Shown piece after piece: positions 25,394 to 37,641 of a DNA stretch of 64,000 nt. Source of the stretch: Sphyrna mokarran (Eukaryota); contig JAGIQG010000001.1 of assembly GCA_024679065.1 (NCBI GenBank), positions 117,986,001-118,050,000 of the forward strand, given 5' to 3'. Within the stretch, counting starts at the first letter, position 1. Every line of letters starts with the position of its first letter. A program made the translations under genes and the position numbers. The notes below the pieces were generated by a model, which was not told the origin of the DNA, searched no databases, and worked only from the letters and a program-made list of their open reading frames with translations.

Positions 25394-26459
25394 CTTGGGA
25401 GCAAGAGATGGTTGATCAGTCAGGAGAGGCAGGAGATTCCATAATAAACGCAAACAAGCCAGAAACTAATCGCGCACAGCCAAGCGGCATTAGAGCACAA
25501 ATTGCTTGTAATTTTTGGTTGAAAGAAAATGCATAAAAATAACCCAGTGGCTGCAATAGATCACAACACAATAGTGCACTGTAACTGTAGTAACTTGATG
25601 GAACTTCCTTTATCATCAAATTGTAGGCTTAAATCAACAGTAACATTTTTATGCAAGGAGTACTGGTTCTGGATCTAATCAAGTGAACATTTGAGCCATT
25701 TTTTGTCAAGCGCAGACAACCCCTTGCAGCTGGAGTAGATCCTTGGTAACAGCAAAGACATCAATTGTCTGCATTTACCAGTTTTATTTCTCCATATTGA
25801 CCTGAGTTTGTCTTTAGTCTTTTTTTGCCCCTTCCAGGAGATTCCATGGCTCTGGATGGCAAGGGAGTGGGTGCATTGCATTGAGCATCATAATTGTATA
25901 TATGGGGGAGGTTAGGTGGACCAGTGACTCTTCTCCTATTTGTCTTTTCAATTTCCACATGTTGATTAGCAAGTGACACTTATGCCAAAAAAACTACTGA
26001 ATAGTGACTATCTCCAAAAAAGAGAAGCTACCAACCATCTTTTGACAGTCAATGATGTTGTCACTGTTCAATCTCACACTAATAACACTCTGGAGGAGTT
26101 TAGAAGATGAAAGATTGTAGGGGGAGTCATTGGGCATGGAAGGGCGTGTTTTGGGGGGGATGTATAACCATTGCGCTGACATGGCAGTTCAGAGATTGGG
26201 AGTTTTGCAATGCAGTGCTCACCTCCTGAGTCCTCCAAACTTTTCCACCATCCCCATGTTACAATTCCAGACAAAACTCTCCACTTGCCTGGGTGTATGG
26301 AATTCCAACAACATTTGAGACACTTGACAAAGCAGCCTACTTGATAAGCTCCCCTTTCAGCAATTTAAACCTTCAATCCCTCCACCATGCATCCTGATTG
26401 CAGTATGTACTATCTACACAATGCACCACAGCAACTCACCAAAAAATCCTTAAATAGCA

Positions 26460-27320
26460 AGGGCAACTTTCCCATCCCGCTGTGCTAAAAAAAATTAGCA
26501 GAGCAGGCCAGGAGAGTCAAACGACAACACCTGACGTGCGGGATCAGCACTGGGCATCGTATACTGATAAGAGTCTCTCAGCACCTGAATTCCAGCAGTG
26601 TTAACTCTGCACCAGAAATTGGTGCAGAGCTTTATTACCTATGCAGGATGTTATTTCCCTACAACATGAATTAGTGGGCCTGGGACCGAAATCTCCAGAC
26701 CCACCAGGAGTATTTCTAGAGAAGTTTACATGAGTTCTGCAGTTTTGAGGAGCTAACAGCCCAACTGTGCTGGAATGAAGGGAGCGGCAATCTGGGCCCC
26801 CATGGGCGTTGGCAATTTTGGCAGTGCCAGCTTGTGCCCCCTGGCACTACCCAATGGGTAAAGTGTAAATGCCCAGGGAGCACCTTGGTACTGCCCATCG
26901 GGCATGGAGCAATGCCAAGGAGACAGGGCCCCACTGCCACTCTGCATTTATGATCAGTGATAGATAGAGGGGACCAGTGATCAGGGGGTGGGGCGGGGCG
27001 GGGGGGAGGGCCAGCATTGCAGTGGTTGCAAGGCTGGCCAGCAAATTGGGCAGCCAGCAGTTTAGGGCCACTGCACATGCACTGATCTTGGAGCTGACAT
27101 ATTGGCACATGCACAGTGTCTCGCTCAGTGCTATGCTGCCGGCCTCCTAGGTGGGAGTAGGCTCCCACCACCCACCCACTGAATTTCAGCATGATTCATG
27201 ACGAGGCACACTGCAGTGCACAGAGTGTGGGAGATTTTTTTTTAAAACTGCCACTGAAAAATAGTTTGATGTACTCCAGTTTTCACGCGAATTCAACATT
27301 GAGTTTTTTTGGGAGAATCC
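26460..27320. repeat. GC-rich non-autonomous interspersed element inserted in an older LINE 3' remnant
   Basis: Shares several blocks with 61690-62445 (ggagct..c.gcccaact; cccaggg..ca.cttgg.actgccca..gggcat; agacagggcc; tgctgatct; gcagt.cacagagt.tgggag). Confidence 0.6.
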
Positions 27321-28806
27321 CAGCCAACATCTTTTGCATTCATGACCTCTACCAGCTAAAAGGATAAAACAACAGGTGCATAGGAACAGCATAATCTCCA
27401 TTACCACACAGCTTGACCTGGAATCATATCACTGTTCCTTCATCATCACTTGGTCAAAATCCTAGTGATTTCTAGCATTTAAAGTATTATTTTCAGCCAG
27501 ATTAGCTAATTTAGCACAGATTGGGAATTGAATCTAGCGCTTTCTGGCCAAGACAGTTCTGGAAAACAGTTGTACCATTGTCAACTTATATTTGCCAATT
27601 ATAAGAAAGAATTAAATATCACTGCATAATTACTACTCGTTTATTAAGTAAAATCACTTTCTATATCTGGTGCAGTATATTTTAATAAATGTAACAAAGT
27701 ACATTTGAGATTAAAAATAATCTCCCCATGATTTTGTTCGGTGAAAGGGAGAAACCTCCCTCAAAAGACAAATGAGGCTCAGGGGCGAAAGTGATTATTA
27801 TATAGTTACAGCTTTATTGCTCATATTTATTTATGTGCAGGTGATATTATTATCTGTGAAATAAAGCTGTTTAAGTTACTCAATGTAGTGATAAAAATTG
27901 TTTGATTACAGCAATGCGCATTTACTACATTTGTTCATTAGACAACATTGCATTACCTTTTCAGAACTATTTCAACAGATTTTTATCTTGTGGATTTATT
28001 CAAGTCAGACAATTTGTTTCCAAGGGGAAAAGAACTGCTCCTGTTGCTACTTGTTATGCAGCTATAAACACATTTATTTTGTGCATGTAATCATACCAAT
28101 TACTCATTCTCAAGAAGAGAAACTGTTCTGAAATATATTGTTTGGATTTGATTTTTCAAAACTATTTCCATAATTTTATATACAAGTAAATTGAACTGAA
28201 GAACATATCAGTGGAGTGCATTGTAAATAAATAGTAATACACTTCTGACAAAATCCAGGATAAGCGGAAGAGGAAATATCCACCATTATTTCAGCTATAA
28301 TGCTAACACTGGCAGAAAGTCAACACCACACCTTTTAAGTAGGCACTTTACATCTTTCCAGACTCAATATTCTATTCAACAATTTCACATTGTAACTGCA
28401 GACAATATTTTCTTCCCCTTTATTGGCTACTATTGGATTTACTCTCTTGTTTTTCTCTCTTTTTGCCATCAGATGGCAGGTACACAGATCGCATTCACGC
28501 TGCCTCTTGCTTTCCTTTACCTGTCCCTTTATCGTGACATTTGGTCTTTCACCATCAAGCACTGTCATTTAATCTCTCCTGTTTGCTGCCCATCACAGAC
28601 CTCACTTTTTATTCTTCCCTCACTACCACCATCACCACCCCCCTCCCTCCCTCCCTCCCTCGCTCAGATCCACCCCCACCACTTGCTTAAAACTTACTAT
28701 ATTTTTAACTTTTCCCAATTCTGATGAAAGATCAAGCTGAAACTTTGGGCAAAATATTCTCATGAGTATTTGACCAAATTGAGAGGGGCAGAGGGCGGGT
28801 GGCATT

Positions 28807-28840
28807 GGGGGGGGGGGGGGGGGGGGTGGGGGGGGGGTGG
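28807..28840 (+). repeat. Poly-G run
   Basis: About 30 G interrupted by two T. Confidence 0.9.
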
Positions 28841-29112
28841 AGAGGCACTGGTTCTAAGCCTGCACTTACTGGAAGCCAGACCAGCAGAACTATTTTCCAA
28901 TATCTGGCCTTGAAATTGGTCACATGTGCTACCTCTTAAAGATTGTGGGTGGACTCCTGATGTTGCCAGCCAATCACAGGAACAACAGCTCTCCAGTTTC
29001 AGTAGCTTAACCAGGATGCTGCTTCCAAGGAGCTGCCAGTTGTACCACAGTGCATCCTATTCTCATCATGTGGGGGAAGGGAGGGGGGGCAGGGTTGGGG
29101 AGTGGGGAGGGG

Positions 29113-29121
29113 GGAGAGGGG

Positions 29122-29150
<29 letters not shown>
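29113..29150 (+). repeat. (GA)n microsatellite / purine tract
   Basis: Direct reading. Confidence 0.85.
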
Positions 29151-29157
<7 letters not shown>

Positions 29158-29164
29158 TGGTGGA

Positions 29165-30120
29165 AGAGGGTTGGATCCCACACAACAAATTGGTAAATAA
29201 AATAACAGCACATGAGATTGGGAGTATTATATTGCTACGTACTGAGAATTGATTAACAGACAGAAAGCAAAGAATAGAAATAAACAGGTCATTCTCAGGA
29301 CAGCAGACTGTTACTAGTAGGGTAACATAAGGATCAGTGGTTGGATTGCAGCTGTTCACAACCTATTTAAATGATTTAGGTGTGAAGTCAAATACATTTC
29401 CAAATGTGATGGCATAAAATTAGATGGGAATGTGAGCTGAGGAGGAGGAGGCAAGGGGGCTTCAGGAGGATTTGGACAGGCTAAGTGAATGGACAAGAAT
29501 ATGACAAATGGAATATAATCTGAATAAGTATGAAGTTATTCACTTTGATAGAAAAAATAGAAAGGCAAAGTATTTAATAAATAGTGGAAGGTTGGGAAAT
29601 GTTGATGTTCAAAGGGATCTGGATGACCTTGTTGACGAGTCACTAAGAGCTAGCATGCAGATGTAGCATTATATGGAGCCTTGCTGTGACTGCCTTAAGT
29701 ATTGTGCACAGTTTTGGTCTCCTTATTTAAGGAAGGATGTATTTGCCATAGATGGAGTGCAATGAAAATTCAGTAGATTGATTCCCAGGGTGGCAGGATT
29801 GTCTTAAGAGGAGAAACTGAGGAAAGTAGATCTGTATTCTCTAGAGTTTTGAAAAATGAGAGATGCATGAGAGGGCATTTAAGATAGAGGTAGGAAAGAT
29901 TTTCTTCACCCAGAAGATGGTAAATCATAGGATTTCCCTACCCCAGAGAGTTGTGGAAACTCATTTATTGAATATCTTCAACATATAAACTGATAGATTT
30001 CTGGGTACCAATAGCATCAGGGAATATAGGGGTAGTGGAAGACTGGCATAAGAGTTGATGACCAGGCATGATATCTCTGAATGGCTCAAAAGATCAAATG
30101 GCTATTTTCCATTTCCACGT
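29165..30120 (+). mobile_element. CR1 LINE, RT C-terminal half and 3' end, decayed
   Basis: IPHNKLVNKITAHEIG (VPHxRL..KIxAHGI); gcacagttttggtctccttatttaaggaaggat; ttcttcacccagaagatggt. Confidence 0.8.
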
Positions 30121-30376
30121 TCAGCTACCTGCAGGATGTAAATTATAGCCAGTGTTCTTTGACTTGTACTCTGTACATTCAGTAGATTCAGAGTGCACCG
30201 ATTTTACTTAAAAAGCAATTTTTGCTTTTGACAAGATTGATTGATTACCACTCCTAAATTTCAATACTATCTGGCAGACTTCAGACAGATATTGGGATAT
30301 TTTTGTTACCATTTTAACACTGACAAAGTTAAAGGAAACCAACATTATATATGTGTATAATTATATATTAACATAC

Positions 30377-30394
30377 CATATATGTGCAACCTGC
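30377..30394 (-). CDS. ANK2: Candidate 18-nt microexon (G-RLHIY-G)
   Basis: AG-free run ending tacactgttgcatctccgaag (UGC), donor ATG|gtatgt, symmetric phase 1-1, no stop. A second AG 4 nt downstream would give a 14-nt form. Confidence 0.5.
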
Positions 30395-32407
30395 CTTCGG
30401 AGATGCAACAGTGTAAATATTGACCACAGCAAGCGTTGATGGAACAGTATGTTCTCACAAGAAATATAATATTTATAAAATTAATTAAAAGCAAGAATGC
30501 AGGATATAAAATGAAGACATGGAACATTCTTCACTTTCACTAGGCACTGGCCTAATGGTATTATCACTAGACTATCAATAATGATGTCTAGAGAGGTGTA
30601 CATATAATAGGGAAGGAGGTACTGAGAGTCTGAAAGCGTATCAAGGTAAATGATGACAGATAATCCCTGCTTACATCATGTCGTCATCACTGAAAACACT
30701 TCATTTTCAACTCAAACATTTAGCTGCATTTTATTCAACAGGTGATGAAAAGTTGTCTTACCCATGAATACCCTATCAAGTTGTGTAAATTAGGATGAAG
30801 GTTTTTGATGCAGGATGAAACTTCTTTGTGGTTTGGGAAGTGTGGATTCCCTGGGAAATGAGGCTTCCAGATTATTCTTATTTGGTGTTTCGATCAATAA
30901 TGAGTATAAAAAAGAGCTCTACAGTAAACGGATGATTAGAATATGGACTTGCAGTAAAGGGCCAATATCCCTCGATGTTAACCCAACTCTATTCCCAAGC
31001 CATGCATTTACTTGTTCTGATAAATAAATGCCCATATATGTGCTTCGCTGAGGGACTGGATTTTAGGCAACACAATGGTCCCTGCAATCCCCTCTGCACT
31101 CCGTGGGAGCTGCCTGTCCACAATCCCAATGGTCCTCCCACAGCAATTTAACACTGGGAGCAGCATTAACTGTTTAACTCAAGACACCTTTCTCAGGCAG
31201 TGCCATCTTAGAGAGCTTCCGGCCATCTCACTGTAGTTTGAGCAGCACAGGTAGAACGGTGGCCTTTCCTGAAGCTACAAGCAGCTTCATCACACTGGGG
31301 AATTCAACTAAGTCCAGCAGTTGGGAATTTCGATGAGGTGGGTGGGGGACTGGGTTCAAAAGACTAAAGGGGAGAGTTAAAACTGTAGAGAAGGGAATGT
31401 CTCTAATGGGCCACGAGGATCCACAGACAGACTCCCTCTTGCCTGACTGCAGTTCCTCAACCAATTGCAGCAATTTGCAGATGCACAGAGGTTTGTTTTA
31501 GCAAGGTAAAGGAAGGGGATGTTGGGGAATTATTAGATTTATCATTCCTTTATAAATTGCAAGATGTCAACTCAGAAGAGTTCAAGGATAGCCAGAATCA
31601 AAACATACAGCAGAATGTCGATTGAGCTTTTCTCTGCCAGAGTGGGATGGAGGTTTCTACATTTGTGCTGTGTGGGGTAGCATATCTTAAATTGATCATA
31701 TTCATTCTCCTCTGTTGGAGGTCATGAGGGCTGGTGTAAACACTTCTTAGCAAGTTTCCATGAAAATCGAATGATCAAGATTTTACCTTCCAGGCCATGG
31801 AGGTTCTCCACATTATCTTGTATGGAGATGGACAATACTGAGTACTGAGTCAAGATGTATCTGTGAGGCAGCTATACATGGCAGTCAAATAGTCCTAATG
31901 AGGCTGATAGGCACTAAAGTTTACAGACCAAGTCAGGAAGGCGAGATGCCCGAGGACTTCACATGGAATATGCTTAGAATCTATAAATGGTTGATTTTAC
32001 CTTTCAGTAGTTGCAGGGAAAGTATAGCAGTGGATCTGAAAACTATTCTGCATCTCACCCAATTATCCTTTCCTTTGGAAGAAAAAGTTGCAATGTGTGC
32101 ACAACAATGCTGATTTGATATCAGTCACTTGCTGCTTTTATTTAAAATCGACCCTTACGTGTGATACTAGTGAAATTTTGTTCATAATCCAAAATCATTA
32201 CAATGGCACCAGTTAAAGTATTCTATCACTATTCATTAGCATTTAAGAACATTACGTGAAATTTGCATCATTGCACTGGTCATTAGTTTGCAAGATTAAA
32301 TACAAACGTTTCAGTCAATCACTGTAAAGCACACCATAATCTAATGAAATAGAGAGTAAACTGAAGTAGATTGCAATGACAGCAGTGGTAAAGCGCAGCA
32401 TCACAAC

Positions 32408-32449
32408 CATAACTAAAGCCCAAACTATCAATTGACTCTAGATCTAAGA
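32408..32449 (-). CDS. ANK2: Candidate 42-nt (or 45-nt via NAGNAG) exon (V-LDLESIDSLGFSY-G)
   Basis: Tract ttgcattttatttgcttgatttgtttctttcaaagcag; phase 1-1, acidic linker-like peptide. The donor ATG|gttgtg is only moderate. Confidence 0.35.
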
Positions 32450-34699
32450 CTGCTTTGAAAGAAACAAATCAAGCAAATAAAATGCAACATACTGTATAGG
32501 TGAATTAATTTCTGAGAAGATTGAGAGTAAAAGTTTTCTCCTAGAATTGTTAGTTAAAAGGAAAAAAATGAGAAGGTTTAATCATGCAGAATTGAACAAA
32601 ATCAAATCTTGTAACGCAAGCAATGTACTGTAATAAAAACATATACACTATGGACTCAATTTAAGTCTCTAATCAAACAGTGAAATTGCACACCAATGCA
32701 TTAATCTGATTAATTAATATTTCCAACGAGCTTAAATATGATCAATGGCAAATGATTTTGCCTTAGTATCCACTGGGTAAAGTTAGTTCTGAATGACACC
32801 AGACTAATATAAATGATTTACCAGAAATCAAACACAGGTAAGAAGTAGAATTACTAATCCCTTACTGATATTAAAGGTTATAACGATGAAAAAGTAGCAT
32901 CAATTATCACCGTGGTGTCACTTCAAGCATCTTCAGATTTCAAGAAAGTCACAAATTATATGTTTTAATAAGGGACTTTGTTTTGTTTTTCCTAGATGTT
33001 TGAGCTAAAAGAGGTCAAATGACTTTCTCATCTGCAAATGTCATGAGAATGTGTCTCTGAATTCCTCTGAATATAATTCAAATACTTTGATGACAATGAA
33101 GAGGATTGAATCTGTGATTTTTGTAGTATTCAACTTGCATTTCACTGCAAGGACAGATTTTACATCACTCCACCCCTTCCCCCAAGTATACTGTTAATTC
33201 TCTTTTCTGTTACCACAGGTGAAATTTTGAAATCAGGTGCTTAACAATGATTTTGAAAACTACCTGTTATTACCAAATCAAAATGATTTGCAAATCCTAA
33301 TACCAGAGCATACCTGTGCTTGGACAATAGCACAGTATTTTGGATTACCTGTGTAGTGCTGATGTGATTTATCTTGGACAGAACATTGAGGTTCTACTTT
33401 GTGGTGCGGGATACTGTTAATTTCACCATCCTTAAGTTAAGGAGATGCACAATTCTTTGCCCTATTCTCTTTCATGGCTATTTCACTCATTGTGACAGCC
33501 TCAGCTGGCAATTTCAGCAATTTGCTATGCAAAAATTCCAAAAACCTGAATGAACATTGGCAAGTCTCACTAACGCAACATAGTGCTAGATACCCTGCAA
33601 CAAAAAATTATGGTTCAATATAATAATGCTGCTCAGCTACTTTATCAACCAAAAACACTATCTAATTAGGACAACGAAGCCACATAGTTAAATCGTAACA
33701 TATCCGGAGAGATTTTAGATTTACAAACATTCAATGATTGCTCAAACTTCCATTTTATTTTCTCTGGCTAGAAATTGGTTAAATAGTAATTAACAATGTC
33801 AGCTTTGACAAAGATATTATTGATAAAAGGCTATGTATTGAACATGTAAGTTTACATAGTCCTTGTTATGGTTATATTTTCCCATTTCAGGACTATTGTC
33901 AGCTGACAAAGTGCAAAGCTGCAGCTCTGTTGTAAAGAATTGGAATAAGCGGGGTGAGTAATGAATCATTTTGTGAAGTAAATAGATTAATGCCATAATC
34001 AGTGCAGACAGGAAAGGCACACAAGTGGATTAAATGTTTGATATGCATTTGTGCCAATTCGAAAACATTTCCAAACACAATAATGACAATTAAGACTTCA
34101 AAATCATATTGACCAGATTCTTTAATTAAGCACATAGCTTGAAATCCTGATTAGATGGGTTTTGAAGAGGCAAACTGACTGATTAAAAAAAAACTACATT
34201 CAGCCTATTTGTTTTTTTTCCATTAGGATATTCATATATCTTCTTTCTCTCAAAAACAAATTCTTTAAGTGAGAAAAAATTGAGATTACCTGTTATCTGA
34301 ATTTACTCAAATCATCATCTGAACAACAACGTAATGGTTAACTCCAAAGAGTATTGTGATAAAAACTAGAAATTTTATAATGAGATTTCAAACACTGAAA
34401 CAAAGTTCAATTTGGACCAATCAACAGCATATTCAGGTCAAACTGAAAACTTGCCTAATAGGAAGAAACTCATTCAAAAGTAATAAATTCAACTGTGTTA
34501 AAGTATCACAGCTAAAATTCATACTATTTTGATTGTGAAGCAGCAGTGATTACAGACGTTATCACCTGAGGTGGGAACAGAGGCAGGTGGATGCTGAAGT
34601 TGGCAGGTTAGAAGATCGGCTTCTATTTGCTGCAACATCAGTCTAGTTCTATACATGATTGTTAGGCATCTCTCCAATCTACCTCCATAACTGAAACCT

Positions 34700-35600
34700 C
34701 TCCTCCTATAGCCATTTTTGTGCACCTCTTCTGCACTCTGTCTAATGCATTCATGTCCTTTCTATAGAACTGTGCATCATATTCCAGTTGAAGTCCAACT
34801 AATGTCTTCTATAAATTCAGCATTGCTCCTTTGCTTTTGTACTCTCTGTTCTATTAATAAAGTCCAGAATAGTACATGCTTTATTAACTACGCTTTCCAC
34901 CTGTCCTGCTATCTTCAGTAATCCAGGGACATATATATTCAAGTCTCTGATTAACTTTAAATCAACTTCTTTTAGAATTTTATCCCTTAATTTATATTTT
35001 TTCCCATGTTCTTCCTATCAAAATGCAAGACTTCACATTCTCTGCAATGAATTTCAGCTGCTACCGATCTGAACACTCCACAACTTGTCTGGCTCCTTTT
35101 GAAGTTCTGCACATTCCTCCCGAAAGTTTGTAATATTTTCAAGTTTTTTTAATCAATTGCAAAACTTGAAATTGTCCCCTGTACACCAAGATCAAGATCA
35201 TTCATAGATATCAAGAAAAGCAAGGGTCCCAAACACTAATACTACAATACTGTGGAAAACACTACAAACTTCCTCTGGCCAGAAAAATATCTACTCCCTG
35301 CCTTCTATTATTCAGCCACTTTGTATCCACGTTGCGACTGTCTCTTTTGTTCTATGAGATGTGACATTTCTCACAAGTTTGTGTACTGCGCTGTATCAAA
35401 TGCCTTCTGAAAGTCAAATTACACACATTAATAGCATTACCCTCATTGACCTTTTCTGTTACTTTTTCAAAAATCCCCAGCAAGGTAGTTAAACATGATG
35501 ACCCTTTTGAAATCCATGTTGACTCTTCCAAATCAACCCACACTTTTCCATGTGATTACTAATTATATTCCAAATAATTATTTCTAGAAGCTTATTTTAA
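34700..35600 (-). mobile_element. Old CR1 LINE RT fragment
   Basis: ORF 35352..35543 KGSSCLTTLLGIFEKVT..VNEGNAINV..; atcaaatgccttctgaaagtc is the reverse complement of the DFQKAFD coding sequence. Confidence 0.7.
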
Positions 35601-37641
35601 ACTGAAATTAAACTGATTGATCTGTAATCGTTGGCACATTTGGCAAGCTTATGGGCTGCATATTCAGGCTCCTACCCAATATCAGGAATTGAAGAGATGG
35701 GAGGCCAAAAATACCAGCACTGGCCAGTGTGTCAGTCTCAGGATGTTTTTCCCATCAGTGGTCATTTTAGTGGGAGCATGTTTCAGGACTCAAAAAGGCC
35801 ACTCATCTCCATGAAGTAATGAGCTTTGTTAAGGGTAAGATTAGGAGGCTGCCTTGATTTCCAGTCAGCCAACAGTTTTCTAATATGATGGGAAGTTGAT
35901 TTACATCCTGATCAAATGCACTATAGAAGAACAGGCACCAATAGAACTGATCTTTAACTAACCTAAATTAATTTTTCATCCTTCTACTGTTCCTGGCAGA
36001 CATCAAAGCCCTCCCTGCCAACCAGGAGTACAGCCAAAAAACCCCTGCAGAAGGGTTCTATTATGTGAATTTTCAGTGCATGATTTTCCCTTATTTTGTT
36101 TAGTTGAAACAGGTGCAATATGTGTACATAGTCTTTCTATGTGCAAAGAACTGGGCTCTATGTATTATTATATATTTTCCAGTATATACAAATGCACCAT
36201 ACTGGTCCATAATTCTTAGCACACTGTATATTATTCAGCAAACGGTGTTCAATCTTAGAATCACATCGAATGTTGAACACTTCTTGTTTTGAGGTTTGCA
36301 AACACAGACTGGTTTTATACAATCTGTACCTTGCCTGTTGCAAACAGCAGAAGGAACATGCTGTTTAATATAGTCTGCCAGTCTTTGAACATATGGCCTA
36401 CATATCTAGCATCACACTAGCAATGAAATTCATACAGCTTATTACTCATTTGTGTGACTGGCAGGATGTCCTTTTGACTTGAGGGCAGCATCTTTGTAGT
36501 GGTCAATACCACCCATATTGCTACACTAAATAATCCATTCACTGGTTCATTCTTCAGGGCAATGCCTTGACCAAAGTCAAGCTGCCTGTCAACTCCCTGC
36601 TTGGCAATTAACTGTTAGTCACCATCAACTGATGCATTATCCATAGCAATACCTCTACCAATCACAGTCTATTTGTCAACCAATCAGCACTGTCTTCTCA
36701 TATAGGATAAATGTAATTCTCTTACATTGGTACTCTTTTGAATTTTGCTGATGAGTGCATGATGAAGAGAGTTGACGAATGCCTCCCTTTTTAGCAATAA
36801 TCTATTTTTTGGTATTTTCAAACAGCGAGCTTGCCATTACCAATACATAAGATAACAAGGCAGAATTTTATCTTTACTTACTTTGGTACTAATCTGTTAG
36901 AGCAGATTGCCTATGCTTTATCAAAGTTGACTGATTGACAATCACTTAAATCACTGCAATAAAAATCAGCTGGATTTTATAATGGTTGTGCAATTGTTCT
37001 GCTAAATCACCAGCCACATGGTGAAAATAAACAGCTTTCCTATTTCTCTTCTCTCTCCATTAATAATAAAGCATAAATCTAACATTTTATTGTTTTCCTT
37101 TATCCTGCATACCAGAAAACAACAACTATCAAGATCAAAATCCAATTGTGAAACATAGAACAATTCCCTACCAGGAGTATAAAGGTAACAGAGGTTCTTC
37201 ATTGATTTTCTTTGACACCACAAAATACTTTTATGATTGTATCGAAATAACAAGCTTTTGATGGCATAGAGAGATCCATTTCAGGACTGAACAAAACATT
37301 CAGAAACATGAAAACCATGAGCACTAACTTTTTTCATCTTTTGATTGGATGGTAATTTTCAAAAAAAATGTGGAGGGTAGACATGTTAGAACTGACAACT
37401 GATTTTGAGATGAGCTGCCAACCACAGATCCAATCCATCACTATTTTAATCTCCATAATATTAGCTGACACCAGCTTTATCTCAACTCATCTGTTACTGA
37501 AACTTTCATCCATGCTTTTGTTACCTCTAGACTTAGTACTCCAATGCAATCATGATTGGCCTCTCACATTCTGCCTTCTATAAACTTGAAGTCATCCAAA
37601 GCTCTGCTGCCCATTTCATAACTCATACCAAATCACGTACA

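Noticed and set aside
26716-27192. 158-aa Pro-rich ORF
   Set aside because: Lies in the GC-rich interspersed repeat also present at 61.7-62.4 kb.
30391-30453. 63-nt in-frame exon candidate (EHTVPSTLAVVNIYTVASPKA)
   Set aside because: Needs a GAG acceptor and a weak gttgca donor; the adjacent 18-nt model has much better sites.
33345-33395. 24- or 45-nt in-frame candidate ending ACAG|gtaatc (DKSHQHYT)
   Set aside because: Good donor but poor pyrimidine tract; not distinguishable from chance.
33855-33926. 71-nt segment after a decent acceptor (ELQLCTLSADNSPEMG...)
   Set aside because: The available donor gives the wrong phase.
34288-34320. 29-nt segment with CAG|gtaatc donor
   Set aside because: In-frame stop, non-triplet length and a weak acceptor.
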